The notes below the pieces were generated by a model. It was not told the DNA's origin. It was given only the letters and a program-made list of their open reading frames with translations, and ran no database searches. DNA of 64,000 bases from an uncultured Chroococcidiopsis sp. (lineage in GTDB: Bacteria > Cyanobacteriota > Cyanobacteriia > Cyanobacteriales > Chroococcidiopsidaceae). Position 1 is the first letter of the stretch, and each line of letters starts with the position of its first letter. The position numbers were made by a program, and so were the translations under genes. The DNA is taken from contig CAXTYC010000004.1 in the NCBI GenBank assembly GCA_964248365.1, positions 192,001-256,000 on the forward strand. Reading direction: 5' to 3'. Shown in pieces: positions 9,936-20,825 of the stretch.

Positions 9936-10104
9936 TGGTCAAATTCTCCCTGCTACTTAGGATCTTTTTTTTGCAAAATAGAGACTTTCGTGGTTATTCT
10001 TTGCTTATTCCTTTCCCAGGATAATATTACCGATAACTGTTAATTATTCTTTAATCTTATACGGGGAAAAAAGTAGGACGGGGCTTTAAACCCATTTCTT
10101 CGGT

Positions 10105-10138
10105 AAAACAAAACCGATGCAGCCCTTGTGCATCGGTT
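10105..10138 (-). terminator. Rho-independent terminator after the PIN/TRAM gene
   Basis: Minus strand AACCGATGCA-CAAGGGC-TGCATCGGTT followed by TTGTTTT. Confidence 0.65.
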
Positions 10139-10182
10139 ATGACGAAGCGATCGCCCCATCGATTCAATTCCCATCACTGCCC

Positions 10183-11262
10183 TCAAGCATATGCTGATGC
10201 TTGGGGTTTGGCAAAAATCATCCGTCCGGCGGCAGTTTGCAACGCACTCGTTACCACTACTCGCAGTTCACCGCCGATATAATGGCTGCCATCTTCAACT
10301 ACAACCATCGTCCCATCCTCTAGGTAGCCTACACCTTGACTCGGTTCTTTGCCTTCCTTGAGGATCTTCAGGTCGATGTTGTCACCTGGTAGATAGCTTG
10401 GGCGTACAGCTTGCACTAAATCATTGATATTCAATACAGGCACTTTCTGCAAGCTTGCTACCTTGCACAAATTGTAGTCATTTGTCAAGAGTGTACCATT
10501 AATTTCTTGCACGAACCGCACTAACTTAGCATCTACGGTATTAACATCGTCGTAGTCAGTGGGGTTGAAAACGATGCGATCTGGATAAGCTGCCTGAATG
10601 CGGTTGAGAATGTCCAATCCTCTTCTTCCCCGTACCCGCTTGAGATCTTTTGCCCCATCTGCTAATTGTTGCAGTTCTTGCAAGACAAACTGCGGCACTA
10701 GAATTGGTCCTTCTATAAATCCTGTCTCTAGCAGTGCTTCGATACGACCATCGATAATGCAGCTAGTATCCAAAACTTTAGTGGCAGCAGGCTTAAGCGT
10801 CCCTTCTGCCAGTAACATAGTTTCGACAGTATGGGGATTAATCAGTCGCAAGAAAGTCCGCCCGTGAGTATCAGCCAAGCTGATCCCAGAAAAGGCAAAC
10901 ATTACACTTGCTAAAACCGCAATTAACGGCTTAATAAAGCTAAAATCCTCTGGAATTGGCAATAAGAAAAGTGGGGCAAGCATCAAGTTGGCGATTAGTA
11001 GCCCGATTACCAATCCCAGCGCCCGCGACAGTAGAACATCGACTGGCATTTCGCGGACTTTGGCTTCTAAGCGGCGATAGGTGATCTGGAAACTCAGCCC
11101 AGTAGCACCGCCGATTAGGGCGGCAAACACAGCAAAGATCAAGCGCAAAGCTTCTAGATTACTAGCTTGCTGCTGCACTCCTTCGGGCAGTAGTTCAACG
11201 CTGTAGAAGCCGATTCCGGCTCCTGCTAGAATGAATAAGATAATTATGATTGCATCAAGCAT
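10183..11262 (-). CDS. Membrane PIN/TRAM domain protein (YacL-like)
   Basis: N-terminal TM helices, LDTSCIIDGR PIN motif, RGRRGLD, GVGYLEDGTMVVVE TRAM domain. Confidence 0.9.
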   Translation of the reverse strand: MLDAIIIILFILAGAGIGFYSVELLPEGVQQQASNLEALRLIFAVFAALIGGATGLSFQITYRRLEAKVREMPVDVLLSRALGLVIGLLIANLMLAPLFLLPIPEDFSFIKPLIAVLASVMFAFSGISLADTHGRTFLRLINPHTVETMLLAEGTLKPAATKVLDTSCIIDGRIEALLETGFIEGPILVPQFVLQELQQLADGAKDLKRVRGRRGLDILNRIQAAYPDRIVFNPTDYDDVNTVDAKLVRFVQEINGTLLTNDYNLCKVASLQKVPVLNINDLVQAVRPSYLPGDNIDLKILKEGKEPSQGVGYLEDGTMVVVEDGSHYIGGELRVVVTSALQTAAGRMIFAKPQASAYA

Positions 11263-11608
11263 TGGTTCAATCCAATTGAATTTCGTTTAAATCCCTTTGC
11301 TGGTGGATTTGACATGAGAAATTGGTATGATTATCAACAAATTAAATTTGTTGATATAGATCTATGATATAACTTTGTGGTTATCAGTTGCTTCCTTGGG
11401 ATACTGGCTACACCTTTGTTTATGAGAAAAATTGGCTAAAATTAATATGAGTGAATCAAAAATATTTTAAATTTGACCCGAATGTAATCTTTTTATTTAT
11501 GATTGAGGCTGACTTAGTATATGAAGCTACTTAATTTCTGTAATTATTACACTTAAGGAACAGATAAAAAATATTATTAAATTTTTCGATAATTAATTAT
11601 TCTCATAA

Positions 11609-12892
11609 TTGAATCAATATCTTGTGTTAGCTAATTTAAACCCGTTGTCTAAAGAAATATATTTGGGAATTCCAAGAAACGCTTATGTGCATATTCCCTT
11701 TTGCCGAAGGCGTTGCTATTACTGTGATTTCCCAGTTTCGATTGTAGGCGATGCCTTCGGCAAGGGCGAAGCCCTACGCCGACAAGGTGACACATCTGGC
11801 ACTATCTCCCATTATGTTGAGATATTGTGCCAAGAAATTGCCACCACGAGCAACTTAGGGCAACCATTAGAAACAATTTTTTTTGGGGGTGGTACTCCCT
11901 CGCTGCTATCTGTAAATCAACTGTCTCATATATTAGATGCATTAAAACGCAGATTTGATATCTCTCCTAATGCTGAAATTTCAATGGAAATGGACCCAGG
12001 TACATTTACAGGGGAACAGTTGCAGGGATATCTTGCTGCTGGAGTAAATCGGATTAGTTTGGGAGTGCAAAGTTTTGTGCCAGAATTACTAAAAGTATGT
12101 GGGCGATCGCATACTCTAGATGATATCTGGGCAGCTTTTGATCTGATTGGCGGGGCAAAAGTCCCTAATTTCAGCCTCGATTTAATTTCTGGACTACCCC
12201 ACCAAACTTTAGAACAATGGCAAGCAACCCTGGAAACAGCCCAGAGAATTGCACCTAACCATATTTCAATTTACGACCTTACCATTGAGCCTGGTACTGC
12301 CTTTGGTCGTTATTATCAACCAGGTTCCAATCCTCTACCCACTGATGACGAGACAGTAGAAATGTACCGTTTGGCAAGGCTTATCTTGACAAACGCCCGT
12401 TACGAACACTACGAAATCTCTAACTACGCTCAGCCAGGATATCAGTGTCGCCATAATCGAGTTTACTGGGAAAATCGCCCCTATTATGGCTTTGGCATGG
12501 GAGCGGCAAGTTATACCAATGGGCAACGATTCACACGACCTGGTAAGACTAAAGAATACTACCAGTGGGTACAAGATTTTATTACTGCCCAGGGTGTGTT
12601 AAATTGTCCGCAAACTCCCCTAGATGAAGTTTTGTTAGAAACTTTAATGCTGGGGTTACGGTTGGCTGAGGGTGTGAGTTTGTCTACTCTGGCTGCATTT
12701 GGAGAAAAGACGCTGGAACGAATTTGGACTTGTTTGCAGCCGTACTATCAAAAAGGCTGGGTGGAAGTTGTGGGTACGGTATTTGATGGTAAATTGCCCA
12801 GTGTTGGGCGGTTGCGGTTGAGTGATCCGCAGGGGTTTTTGTTTTCTAATGTGGTTTTGGCGGATTTGTTTGGTCAGTTGCAGGTAGATTAA
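11609..12892 (+). CDS. hemW: Radical SAM heme chaperone HemW (HemN-like); start uncertain
   Basis: YVHIPFCRRRCYYCDF, GGGTPS, HYEISNY, HNRVYW. Confidence 0.88.
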   Translation: MNQYLVLANLNPLSKEIYLGIPRNAYVHIPFCRRRCYYCDFPVSIVGDAFGKGEALRRQGDTSGTISHYVEILCQEIATTSNLGQPLETIFFGGGTPSLLSVNQLSHILDALKRRFDISPNAEISMEMDPGTFTGEQLQGYLAAGVNRISLGVQSFVPELLKVCGRSHTLDDIWAAFDLIGGAKVPNFSLDLISGLPHQTLEQWQATLETAQRIAPNHISIYDLTIEPGTAFGRYYQPGSNPLPTDDETVEMYRLARLILTNARYEHYEISNYAQPGYQCRHNRVYWENRPYYGFGMGAASYTNGQRFTRPGKTKEYYQWVQDFITAQGVLNCPQTPLDEVLLETLMLGLRLAEGVSLSTLAAFGEKTLERIWTCLQPYYQKGWVEVVGTVFDGKLPSVGRLRLSDPQGFLFSNVVLADLFGQLQVD

Positions 12893-13190
12893 CGAACCGC
12901 AAAGGCGCAAAGGGCGCAGAGGAAGAGGAGAGAGGAAAGGTCGAACCTCGTCTGATAGATTTGACTCTAGCAATTAAAGTTGTGGCTAGATTGTTTATAC
13001 AATAGTTTCACACTAACAGAGCAATTCTTTAAAATTGAACAAGTCCTTTGGTAAGCAAAGTTACTGGCAAAACCAGCAACTATGCCCTACCCAATTCTGT
13101 TTGGCTGCGGGGAGGAGCGGTAATGGACTTGATACGGCTATTGGCTTTCCTCTTGCACAATACCTTTCAGATTTAATGTATTTTACTAGA

Positions 13191-13263
<73 letters not shown>

Positions 13264-13504
13264 GTTGCATATAGAAAATTAGTATAGCAGATTGTTACCA
13301 GAAAAAGCTATGATTTTTGAAAAAGATTTTGCTGATAGTATATCGCCTTAGTATCTATGGGTTTGAGCCAAAGATTTTGGCTCTTGGTAGTCACAACCGC
13401 TTTCAACTAGAATTATCTAAAAAGCAGTTCTAACCCAGCTAGCTTCGTAATTCGTAATTAATAATTCTTCCCTGCTCCCCTTTGCTATCTTAAAAGCCCC
13501 TCCT

Positions 13505-16210
13505 ATGGACATGACACAAGAAGAAAAAAGATTAGCAGAAGATCGCGATCGCCTAGTGTATTGGCGGCGTTGGGGTTCCTATTTGAGTGAACGGCAATGG
13601 GGAACAGTGCGAGAAGACTATAGCCCATCAGGATCAGCTTGGGACTATTTTCCCCACGAACAAGCGCGTTCTCGTGCCTATCGTTGGGGTGAGGATGGTA
13701 TTGCGGGAATTTCTGATAATCACCAAAGACTTTGTTTTGCAGTTGCACTTTGGAACGGTACAGATTCGATTCTAAAAGAAAGACTTTTTGGTTTAACCGG
13801 AAGCGAAGGCAATCATGGCGAAGATGTTAAGGAGTATTACTTTTATCTTGACAATACTCCTACTCACTCTTATATGAAATACCTCTATAAATATCCACAA
13901 CAAGCATTTCCCTATGACTCTTTAGTAGAAGAAAATCGAAACCGAGGTTATGGCGATCGCGAATATGAATTGCTAGACACAGGTATATTTAATGACAACC
14001 GTTATTTTGATGTTTTTGTTGAATATGCTAAGCATTCAGCCGAAGATATTTTAATTAAAATCAGTGTAACTAATCGAGGCGAAGAGGAGAAAACACTCCA
14101 TGTTTTACCCACTCTCTGGTTTCGTAATATTTGGTCTTGGGGAAGATTCAAAACTAAGCCTTTTTTGAAAAAATTAAAAGTAGACAACGACATGAGTGTG
14201 ATAGAAGCGTCTCATTCAGCTTTGGGAGAACGCTGGCTATATTGTCAAGGTGCAACAGAATTGTTGTTTACAGAAAATGAAACTAATAATGAAAGATTAT
14301 TTGGTGTAAGTAATAACTCGCCTTGGGTGAAGGATGGCATAAATAATTACATTGTTCATGGTGATAAAAACGCTGTTAATTCCTTTCAAACTGGAACTAA
14401 GTTTGCAGCACATTATTTATTAAATATTGCGGCAGGAGAAACCAAATCTGTTTGTTTGCGGCTGAGTGATATCCCCCTTGCCCCCCTTATGAAGGGGGGC
14501 AAGGGGGGATCACCATTTGGAACAGATTTTGATAATATATTCCAAACTCGTATCCGCGAAGCAGATGAATTTTATAATCGTATCTGTTCACCTTCGCTGA
14601 CAGAAGATAAAAAGAATATACAGCGGCAAGCTTTTGCTGGAATGTTGTGGAGTAAACAATTTTATTACTACGTTGTCCATGATTGGCTTCAAGGAGATCC
14701 TGACAATCCAACACCACCCTCGTCACGCCAAAATATCAGAAATCAAGATTGGATTCATCTTTTCAATAATGATATTATATCCATGCCAGATAAATGGGAA
14801 TATCCCTGGTATGCAGCATGGGATTTAGCATTTCATGTGATTCCATTAGTAATGATCGATCCAGACTTTGCCAAGCGACAACTAACTCGTTTGACAAGAG
14901 AATGGTATATGCATCCCAATGGTCAATTACCAGCTTATGAATGGAATTTCAGTGATGTTAATCCGCCTGTTCATGCTTGGGCTGCATGGCGTGTATATAA
15001 AATTGAACAAAAAATGTATGGTCGCGCTGATAAATTATTTCTAGAGCGCGTATTTCAAAAGTTGCTGCTTAATTTTACTTGGTGGGTAAACCGCAAAGAT
15101 GTTACGGGAAAGAACGTATTTCAAGGCGGTTTCCTGGGCATGGATAACATTGGTGTGTTTGACCGAAATATGAAACTGCCCACCGATGGATATTTGCAAC
15201 AGTCAGATGGTACGAGTTGGATGGGAATGTACTGTCTAAATATGCTGGCGATCGCGTTAGAATTGGCGAAAGACAATTCGGCATACGAAGATATTGCTAG
15301 CAAATTTTTCGAGCATTTTCTCTATATCGCAGATGCCATGAACCGTATGGGCGAAGCCAGAACGGGGCTATGGGATGAAGAAGATGGCTTTTACTATGAT
15401 CTGCTACATTTGCCTGATCAAAGTGATGTATTGTTGAAAGTGCGAAGTCTAGTAGGATTAGTGCCACTGTTTGCAGTTGAAACTTTAGAAACAGAAACTT
15501 TGCAGCAACTTCCAGGCTTTAAAAAGCGCATGGAATGGTTTATTAACAATCGTCCTGACTTGCGACAAAATGTTGCTTGTATGGAGTCGCCAGGTATTGG
15601 CGCAAAAAGATTACTAGCAATTTGCTACAAACCCCCTGGAGGCGGCGAACAGCAAAATAAACTCCGGCGGATTCTACACACAATGTTAGATGAAAACGAG
15701 TTTCTTAGCCCCTATGGAATTCGTTCTGTTTCTAAATATCATCAGGAGCATCCCTATTGCTTAAAATTGGATGGAGAGGAATACAATATAGATTACGAAC
15801 CAGCAGAATCTACTAATGCTATGTTTGGCGGTAATTCTAACTGGCGTGGTCCAATTTGGTTTCCGATAAATTATCTAATTATCGAGTCACTGCAAAAGTT
15901 TCATTACTACCTGGGCGATGATTTTAAAATAGATTTTCCAACAGGTTCCGGTCAAGAAATGAACCTTTGGGAAGTCGCACAAGAATTATCAAAAAGACTA
16001 ACTCGAATTTTTCTCGAAGATGAATCAGGTAGACGACCAGTATATGGAGATTTAGAGAAGTTTCAAACCGATGCTGATTGGCGGGATTTAATTCTTTTTC
16101 ATGAATATTTTCATGGTGATAACGGTGCTGGATTAGGAGCAAATCATCAAACTGGGTGGACGGGATTAGTAGCAAAATTGATTCAGCAATGTGGCGAGTA
16201 TAGGGGGTGA
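13505..16210 (+). CDS. GH63-like / MGH1-like glycoside hydrolase (glucosidase)
   Basis: [55 protein letters not shown]. Confidence 0.88.
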   Translation: MDMTQEEKRLAEDRDRLVYWRRWGSYLSERQWGTVREDYSPSGSAWDYFPHEQARSRAYRWGEDGIAGISDNHQRLCFAVALWNGTDSILKERLFGLTGSEGNHGEDVKEYYFYLDNTPTHSYMKYLYKYPQQAFPYDSLVEENRNRGYGDREYELLDTGIFNDNRYFDVFVEYAKHSAEDILIKISVTNRGEEEKTLHVLPTLWFRNIWSWGRFKTKPFLKKLKVDNDMSVIEASHSALGERWLYCQGATELLFTENETNNERLFGVSNNSPWVKDGINNYIVHGDKNAVNSFQTGTKFAAHYLLNIAAGETKSVCLRLSDIPLAPLMKGGKGGSPFGTDFDNIFQTRIREADEFYNRICSPSLTEDKKNIQRQAFAGMLWSKQFYYYVVHDWLQGDPDNPTPPSSRQNIRNQDWIHLFNNDIISMPDKWEYPWYAAWDLAFHVIPLVMIDPDFAKRQLTRLTREWYMHPNGQLPAYEWNFSDVNPPVHAWAAWRVYKIEQKMYGRADKLFLERVFQKLLLNFTWWVNRKDVTGKNVFQGGFLGMDNIGVFDRNMKLPTDGYLQQSDGTSWMGMYCLNMLAIALELAKDNSAYEDIASKFFEHFLYIADAMNRMGEARTGLWDEEDGFYYDLLHLPDQSDVLLKVRSLVGLVPLFAVETLETETLQQLPGFKKRMEWFINNRPDLRQNVACMESPGIGAKRLLAICYKPPGGGEQQNKLRRILHTMLDENEFLSPYGIRSVSKYHQEHPYCLKLDGEEYNIDYEPAESTNAMFGGNSNWRGPIWFPINYLIIESLQKFHYYLGDDFKIDFPTGSGQEMNLWEVAQELSKRLTRIFLEDESGRRPVYGDLEKFQTDADWRDLILFHEYFHGDNGAGLGANHQTGWTGLVAKLIQQCGEYRG

Positions 16211-16395
16211 AACATGGTAGGATGCGTCCCACAACTTACCTGTAGGAGTTTTGGTGCGGCTAGTGGAGGGAGCGTGGAGAAGTTTAAGGTGTAGCTGCTT
16301 GTTGTTAGACTATATATTATAAGTCTCACTGGTTATGGTAGGCGATCGCTCACTCGACCTAATTGATAGAAAATGGCTTCATTCCCATCCTTGTT

Positions 16396-17262
16396 ATGAC
16401 TGCTGCTATCCCCGTTGTCAAACCTGTTAGTCAAATGAGGCTAGCTCCAGGTAGCACCGTCACTATTCCCAACGTCAGTTGGCAGGAATTTGAGTGTATT
16501 TTACAAGAATTAGGAGAGCATAGAGCAGCACGAGTTGCCTACAGTAAGGAAACTTTAGAGATTGTGGTTCCTCTACCTGAGCATGAAAAACGGTTGTGTT
16601 GCAAAAAACGATGCTGAGCAGGTAGTGTATTCTCTGTAAACAGTTAATACTGTCTCAATGAACCACTCGCATCCCTTTAAATGGCAGCATTTTGAATCAG
16701 AAATCATCGGGCTAGTGTGTGAGGTGGTATTCGAGATATCCACTTTCGCTACCGCCACATGGAAGAGATAATCAGGGAGAGAGGATGGTTCTGTTGACCA
16801 TACAACTATATACAGATGGGTGCAGCACTATGCGCTGCTAATTAGAGAAAAGATGCAAGCGAAAATTTTTGGAGTTGCTGTATAACGAGAGCTGATTGTC
16901 AGGATTGCTCTGTCCTTAAAAAGTTGTTGCAACACAACCGTTTTTATATCCAGAATTATCAGCGTATGATTACTCGTCGTAGGTTTGAGCCTAACGATCC
17001 TCCCCCAGATCTTGCTATTGAAATAGATGTCACTTCTAAAACGACTCTCGACGCTATTGAAGCGATCGCAGTCCTAGAACTATGGGTATACGCCAGCCAG
17101 AAGCTGAGCGTTTATCTACTCCAAGATGGAAAATACCTAGAATCTAATACCAGCCCTATCTTTCCAAACGTACCTATTGCTCAAATTATACCTGCGGTTG
17201 TTGAACGTGCGTGTCTTGTGGGGAGTGTTCAGGCATTAGAAGAATTTGCAGCAACAATTTGA
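16396..17262 (+). pseudogene. Uma2 family (PDDEXK-like) endonuclease gene split by an IS6 remnant
   Basis: 5' part ...VSWQEFE..L.ELGEHR..RVAY...LEIVVPLPEHEK; 3' part FYIQNY...PPPDLAIEIDVTS. The central segment is missing. Confidence 0.85.
16592..16939 (+). mobile_element. Internally deleted IS6-family element (348 bp)
   Basis: TIRs GGTTGTGTTGCAA / TTGCAACACAACC resemble IS6-family ends. Frameshifted transposase N-terminus: FKWQHFESEII..RWY..YPL..EE..RERG..SVDHTTIYRWVQHYA. Confidence 0.85.
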
Positions 17263-17445
17263 AGTGTGCTGACGATAAATACTTCACCCAAAAGTCAGAC
17301 GAAGAAAACACAAGATAATGAATTAAAAAATACCAAGACTACAATACAGATGGTATCGAAATTTAAAGCACGATCGCTTTTGGAGAAATTAAGTGGGCGC
17401 GATCGCAAAACACTAGAGTTTGTAACGTAAAGGGATATTAGCCGT

Positions 17446-19602
17446 TCATTCTCGATTTTCGTGCCGCCAACGTCCCCTAACAAGTCGGATTTCGTCGTAA
17501 GTATAATCCTCACCCAAATATTCCCGAATTTGAGTGAGCGAGTGACTACCAACGACTTGCAATGCTTGCAAAATTTTGACTTGGCGATCGCTCGTAACCA
17601 ACCGATTCAAGTCTACGGCTTCGTTCTTCTCCACCAAATCAGACAGGTGACGAATAATTGTTGTCAGGCGAAGATTGCGTTTTTGGGCAATTTCTTCTAC
17701 ACTTAGCCCTTGTTGATGTAACTGCAAGGTGTATAGTTCAGTGTCTGAGGCTGTAGCAGGTAGAGGAGTTGTAGTATCCTGCTGCACACTCAAGCCTTGT
17801 TCTTGACAATAAGCCAGGATTTCTGCTAGAAATATTTTCCCGTATTGTGCCAATTTGTGAGTACCAACACCGGAAATTTGGGCAAAAGCGGCTAAAGATT
17901 GGGGTTGCTGCAAAGCCATCAATTTGAGAGTAGAATCTGCAAACACGACATAAGGGGGAACTGATTGTTCGTCAGCAATTTGTTTGCGCAGCGATCGCAG
18001 TCTCCCAAATAGCATTTCAACTTCAGTTGTTCGCGTCTCCAAGGGTTGAGCGACACCCATTTGAGGAGTAGTAACAGCAATCGAAACTGTACGCACTCGC
18101 CGCATCACTTCCCAACTATGAGCGTTGAGCTTCAATACTGAGTAACCATCAACTGTTTGATCGACTAAGCCTTGATGCAAAAGACTTCGCCCCAGCAACC
18201 GCCAATCCTCCACACTTTTATCTTTACCAATACCATAAGTTGAAAGCTTGTCATGACCGTTTTGCAAAATCTTCTGATTTTTTGAACCGCGCAAGACATC
18301 TATGATGTAGTTCATGCCAAATCGTTCTTTGCAACGAGCCACACAGGAAAGAAATTTCATCGCTTCAATTGTCCAGTCTGCAACTGGTTTCGGGTAACGG
18401 CAGTTATCGCATTTACCACAATTACCCGCAAATCTTTCGCCAAAATAGCCCAAAACAATTGTGCGACGGCAATCTGTACCTTCGGCAAAATCTAGTACCT
18501 GACGTAACTGTTGACGGGCGATTCGCTGTTCTTGCAAATCGGGTTTTTGCTCAATCAGATACTCAATTGTCTTAATGTCGCCATAGCCGAAAAACAGTGT
18601 ACAACGAGCAACTTCCCCATCTCGTCCCGCCCGTCCAGATTCTTGATAATAGCTTTCTAAGTTGCGGGGTAAGTCGTAATGAATCACAAACCGTACATCT
18701 GGCTTGTTAATTCCCATGCCAAAAGCGATCGTAGCCACCATGACACGAACATCATCCCGAATAAAACTGGTTTGATTGGCTGTGCGTTGAGCATCATCCA
18801 ATCCAGCATGGTAAGGTAGAGCCGCGATACCATCATGTTGTAGCTTGAGTGCAATTTCATCAACTTTACGCCGACTAAGGCAATAGACAATACCCGATCC
18901 TTCTGTTTGACGAATCAGTTGCAAAAGTTGGCTATAGCTTTGTTTCTGCTTGGGCTGGATTTCGTAATAAAGATTGGGACGGTTGAAGCTGGCAATGTGA
19001 ATACTTGGTTTTTCTAGTCCCAATTGTTGTATAATGTCTTGGCGCACGCGATCTGTCGCTGTAGCCGTAAGTGCAAGTGTCGGTACGCCAGAATAGCGTT
19101 GGCGTAATTGTTTTAGCTGTCGATATTCGGGACGAAAATCGTGTCCCCATTCGGAAACACAATGGGCTTCATCGATCGCAAAGGCAGCAATCCCAATTTT
19201 TTCCCCCACTAAATCTAGAAAAGGCAGAAATCTTTCACTCAGCAAGCGTTCTGGGGCGATGTAGAGTAGTTTGACTTTGCCTGCCAGAATTGCTTGTTCA
19301 CGCGATCGCACTTGATAGGAGTTGAGACTACTATTGATAAGTGTCGCCCCAATCCCATTATCGCGCAGCGCTTCCACTTGGTCTTGCATTAAGGCGATTA
19401 GTGGCGATACCACGACAGTTAAGCCTTTTTTTAACAGTGCTGGGAGTTGAAAACACAGAGACTTACCCCCACCTGTGGGCATCACAATCAGCAAATCTTG
19501 ATTCTCTAGTGCTTGTTCGATAATCTGCTGTTGTCCGAGGCGGAAGCAATCGTAGCCAAAATAATGTTTAAGTGCTGCTTCCAGGGATTGAAGCTGAGGC
19601 AT
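17446..19602 (-). CDS. recQ: ATP-dependent DNA helicase RecQ
   Basis: MPTGGGKS, DEAHCVSEWGHDFR, QESGRAGRDG, Zn-RQC, HRDC and C-terminal HTH. Confidence 0.96.
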   Translation of the reverse strand: MPQLQSLEAALKHYFGYDCFRLGQQQIIEQALENQDLLIVMPTGGGKSLCFQLPALLKKGLTVVVSPLIALMQDQVEALRDNGIGATLINSSLNSYQVRSREQAILAGKVKLLYIAPERLLSERFLPFLDLVGEKIGIAAFAIDEAHCVSEWGHDFRPEYRQLKQLRQRYSGVPTLALTATATDRVRQDIIQQLGLEKPSIHIASFNRPNLYYEIQPKQKQSYSQLLQLIRQTEGSGIVYCLSRRKVDEIALKLQHDGIAALPYHAGLDDAQRTANQTSFIRDDVRVMVATIAFGMGINKPDVRFVIHYDLPRNLESYYQESGRAGRDGEVARCTLFFGYGDIKTIEYLIEQKPDLQEQRIARQQLRQVLDFAEGTDCRRTIVLGYFGERFAGNCGKCDNCRYPKPVADWTIEAMKFLSCVARCKERFGMNYIIDVLRGSKNQKILQNGHDKLSTYGIGKDKSVEDWRLLGRSLLHQGLVDQTVDGYSVLKLNAHSWEVMRRVRTVSIAVTTPQMGVAQPLETRTTEVEMLFGRLRSLRKQIADEQSVPPYVVFADSTLKLMALQQPQSLAAFAQISGVGTHKLAQYGKIFLAEILAYCQEQGLSVQQDTTTPLPATASDTELYTLQLHQQGLSVEEIAQKRNLRLTTIIRHLSDLVEKNEAVDLNRLVTSDRQVKILQALQVVGSHSLTQIREYLGEDYTYDEIRLVRGRWRHENRE

Positions 19603-19854
19603 GGTTGATGGGATAGGGGTTAATATTCTATATTATTTTGCCCTGATAGTGATACGTCAAAAGACTCTTAATAAAAGAAATGTATGTTGAAAGCGCGATC
19701 GCAAATCTCCAGAAGGCGAATTCCCTGTTGTGGTGTTAAACTGCAATGTGCGGTAATCTTATATCTTCAGAGTTAGACTGCTCTTGTGTAGGATAACATT
19801 GCCAATCAGTAGCTTAGATCGCAGTGTGAAGCATAATTATCTAGTTATGCCGCA

Positions 19855-20403
19855 GTGTTATCGGTGGGAATGGTACTTGAAGGTTGTCTGTCATCGTTTC
19901 GCGTTTGTTGTGATTTATTTGGTGGGACGTGTGCTTTGAGGTTGTCAATCAGACAACTAGTGCCATATGAGAACGTTCTGCGGTATGGAGTTTTGGGAAT
20001 GCAAAACATTATTGGGTCTTGGGTATCAAGTTTGCAATATTCTCCTGGTACTCCGGCTGATGAAAGGCTTTCTTTCTTCGATTCTGGAATTGGGCTTCTT
20101 GAAATCATCAATTGGGGACTGTGTTCGATTGAGAAATTTGATTGGATTTGTAAGGACGGAACGTTAGAGATTGAAACTGAGTGGGCTGCCTACAACGACG
20201 GACAAGATAACTTTGAAAAAGAGGAGACGTTTATTTTTGGTTCAAGGCGGATTGATTACAAAATAGAAGTGGGACATTCACCTGTATATGGAACAATGGA
20301 TTTTTTGAGCTTCAATAATTTATGCATAAATCATCAATCGAAATTTGTAAAAGCAAATAAAACATTTGATTTGGAGTGCTTGAAAGAATTTGGACTTTCT
20401 TAA
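19855..20403 (+). CDS. Hypothetical protein, possibly a degraded gene; start uncertain
   Basis: 182-aa ORF without recognised motifs. Confidence 0.3.
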   Translation: MLSVGMVLEGCLSSFRVCCDLFGGTCALRLSIRQLVPYENVLRYGVLGMQNIIGSWVSSLQYSPGTPADERLSFFDSGIGLLEIINWGLCSIEKFDWICKDGTLEIETEWAAYNDGQDNFEKEETFIFGSRRIDYKIEVGHSPVYGTMDFLSFNNLCINHQSKFVKANKTFDLECLKEFGLS

Positions 20404-20530
20404 AGCATGAGAGCAGGTGCGACATAACACCTCGTTGGAACGGACGAATGGGCGTTAGATCTAGTTTGCCACCCATACCCACCATTATCATATTTGGTAG
20501 GCATTGCCCACCCTACAAACTTAATTATCT

Positions 20531-20785
20531 ATGGATTTTATTACAATTTTGGGATTAGTTGCGGGAACTTTAACAACTATCGCCTTTTTACCTCAACTAA
20601 TTAAAACCTGGAAATCAAAATCAGCTAAAGATGTCTCTCTTGAAATGCTAATAGTATTTTCTATTGGTGTCTTTCTTTGGCTAATTTATGGAATTTATCT
20701 GCAAGCACTACCAATTATTCTTGCTAACTTGTTGACCTTAATTTTCAACTTAGTAATTTTAGGGCTTAAAATTAGATATAGATGA
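20531..20785 (+). CDS. SemiSWEET / PQ-loop sugar transporter
   Basis: 84 aa, three TM helices, TTIAFLPQ, SAKDVS, WLIYG, PIILAN. Confidence 0.9.
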   Translation: MDFITILGLVAGTLTTIAFLPQLIKTWKSKSAKDVSLEMLIVFSIGVFLWLIYGIYLQALPIILANLLTLIFNLVILGLKIRYR

Positions 20786-20825
20786 TAAACAATTCGGAGT
20801 TCAAAATTCGGAATTTGTAATTAAT

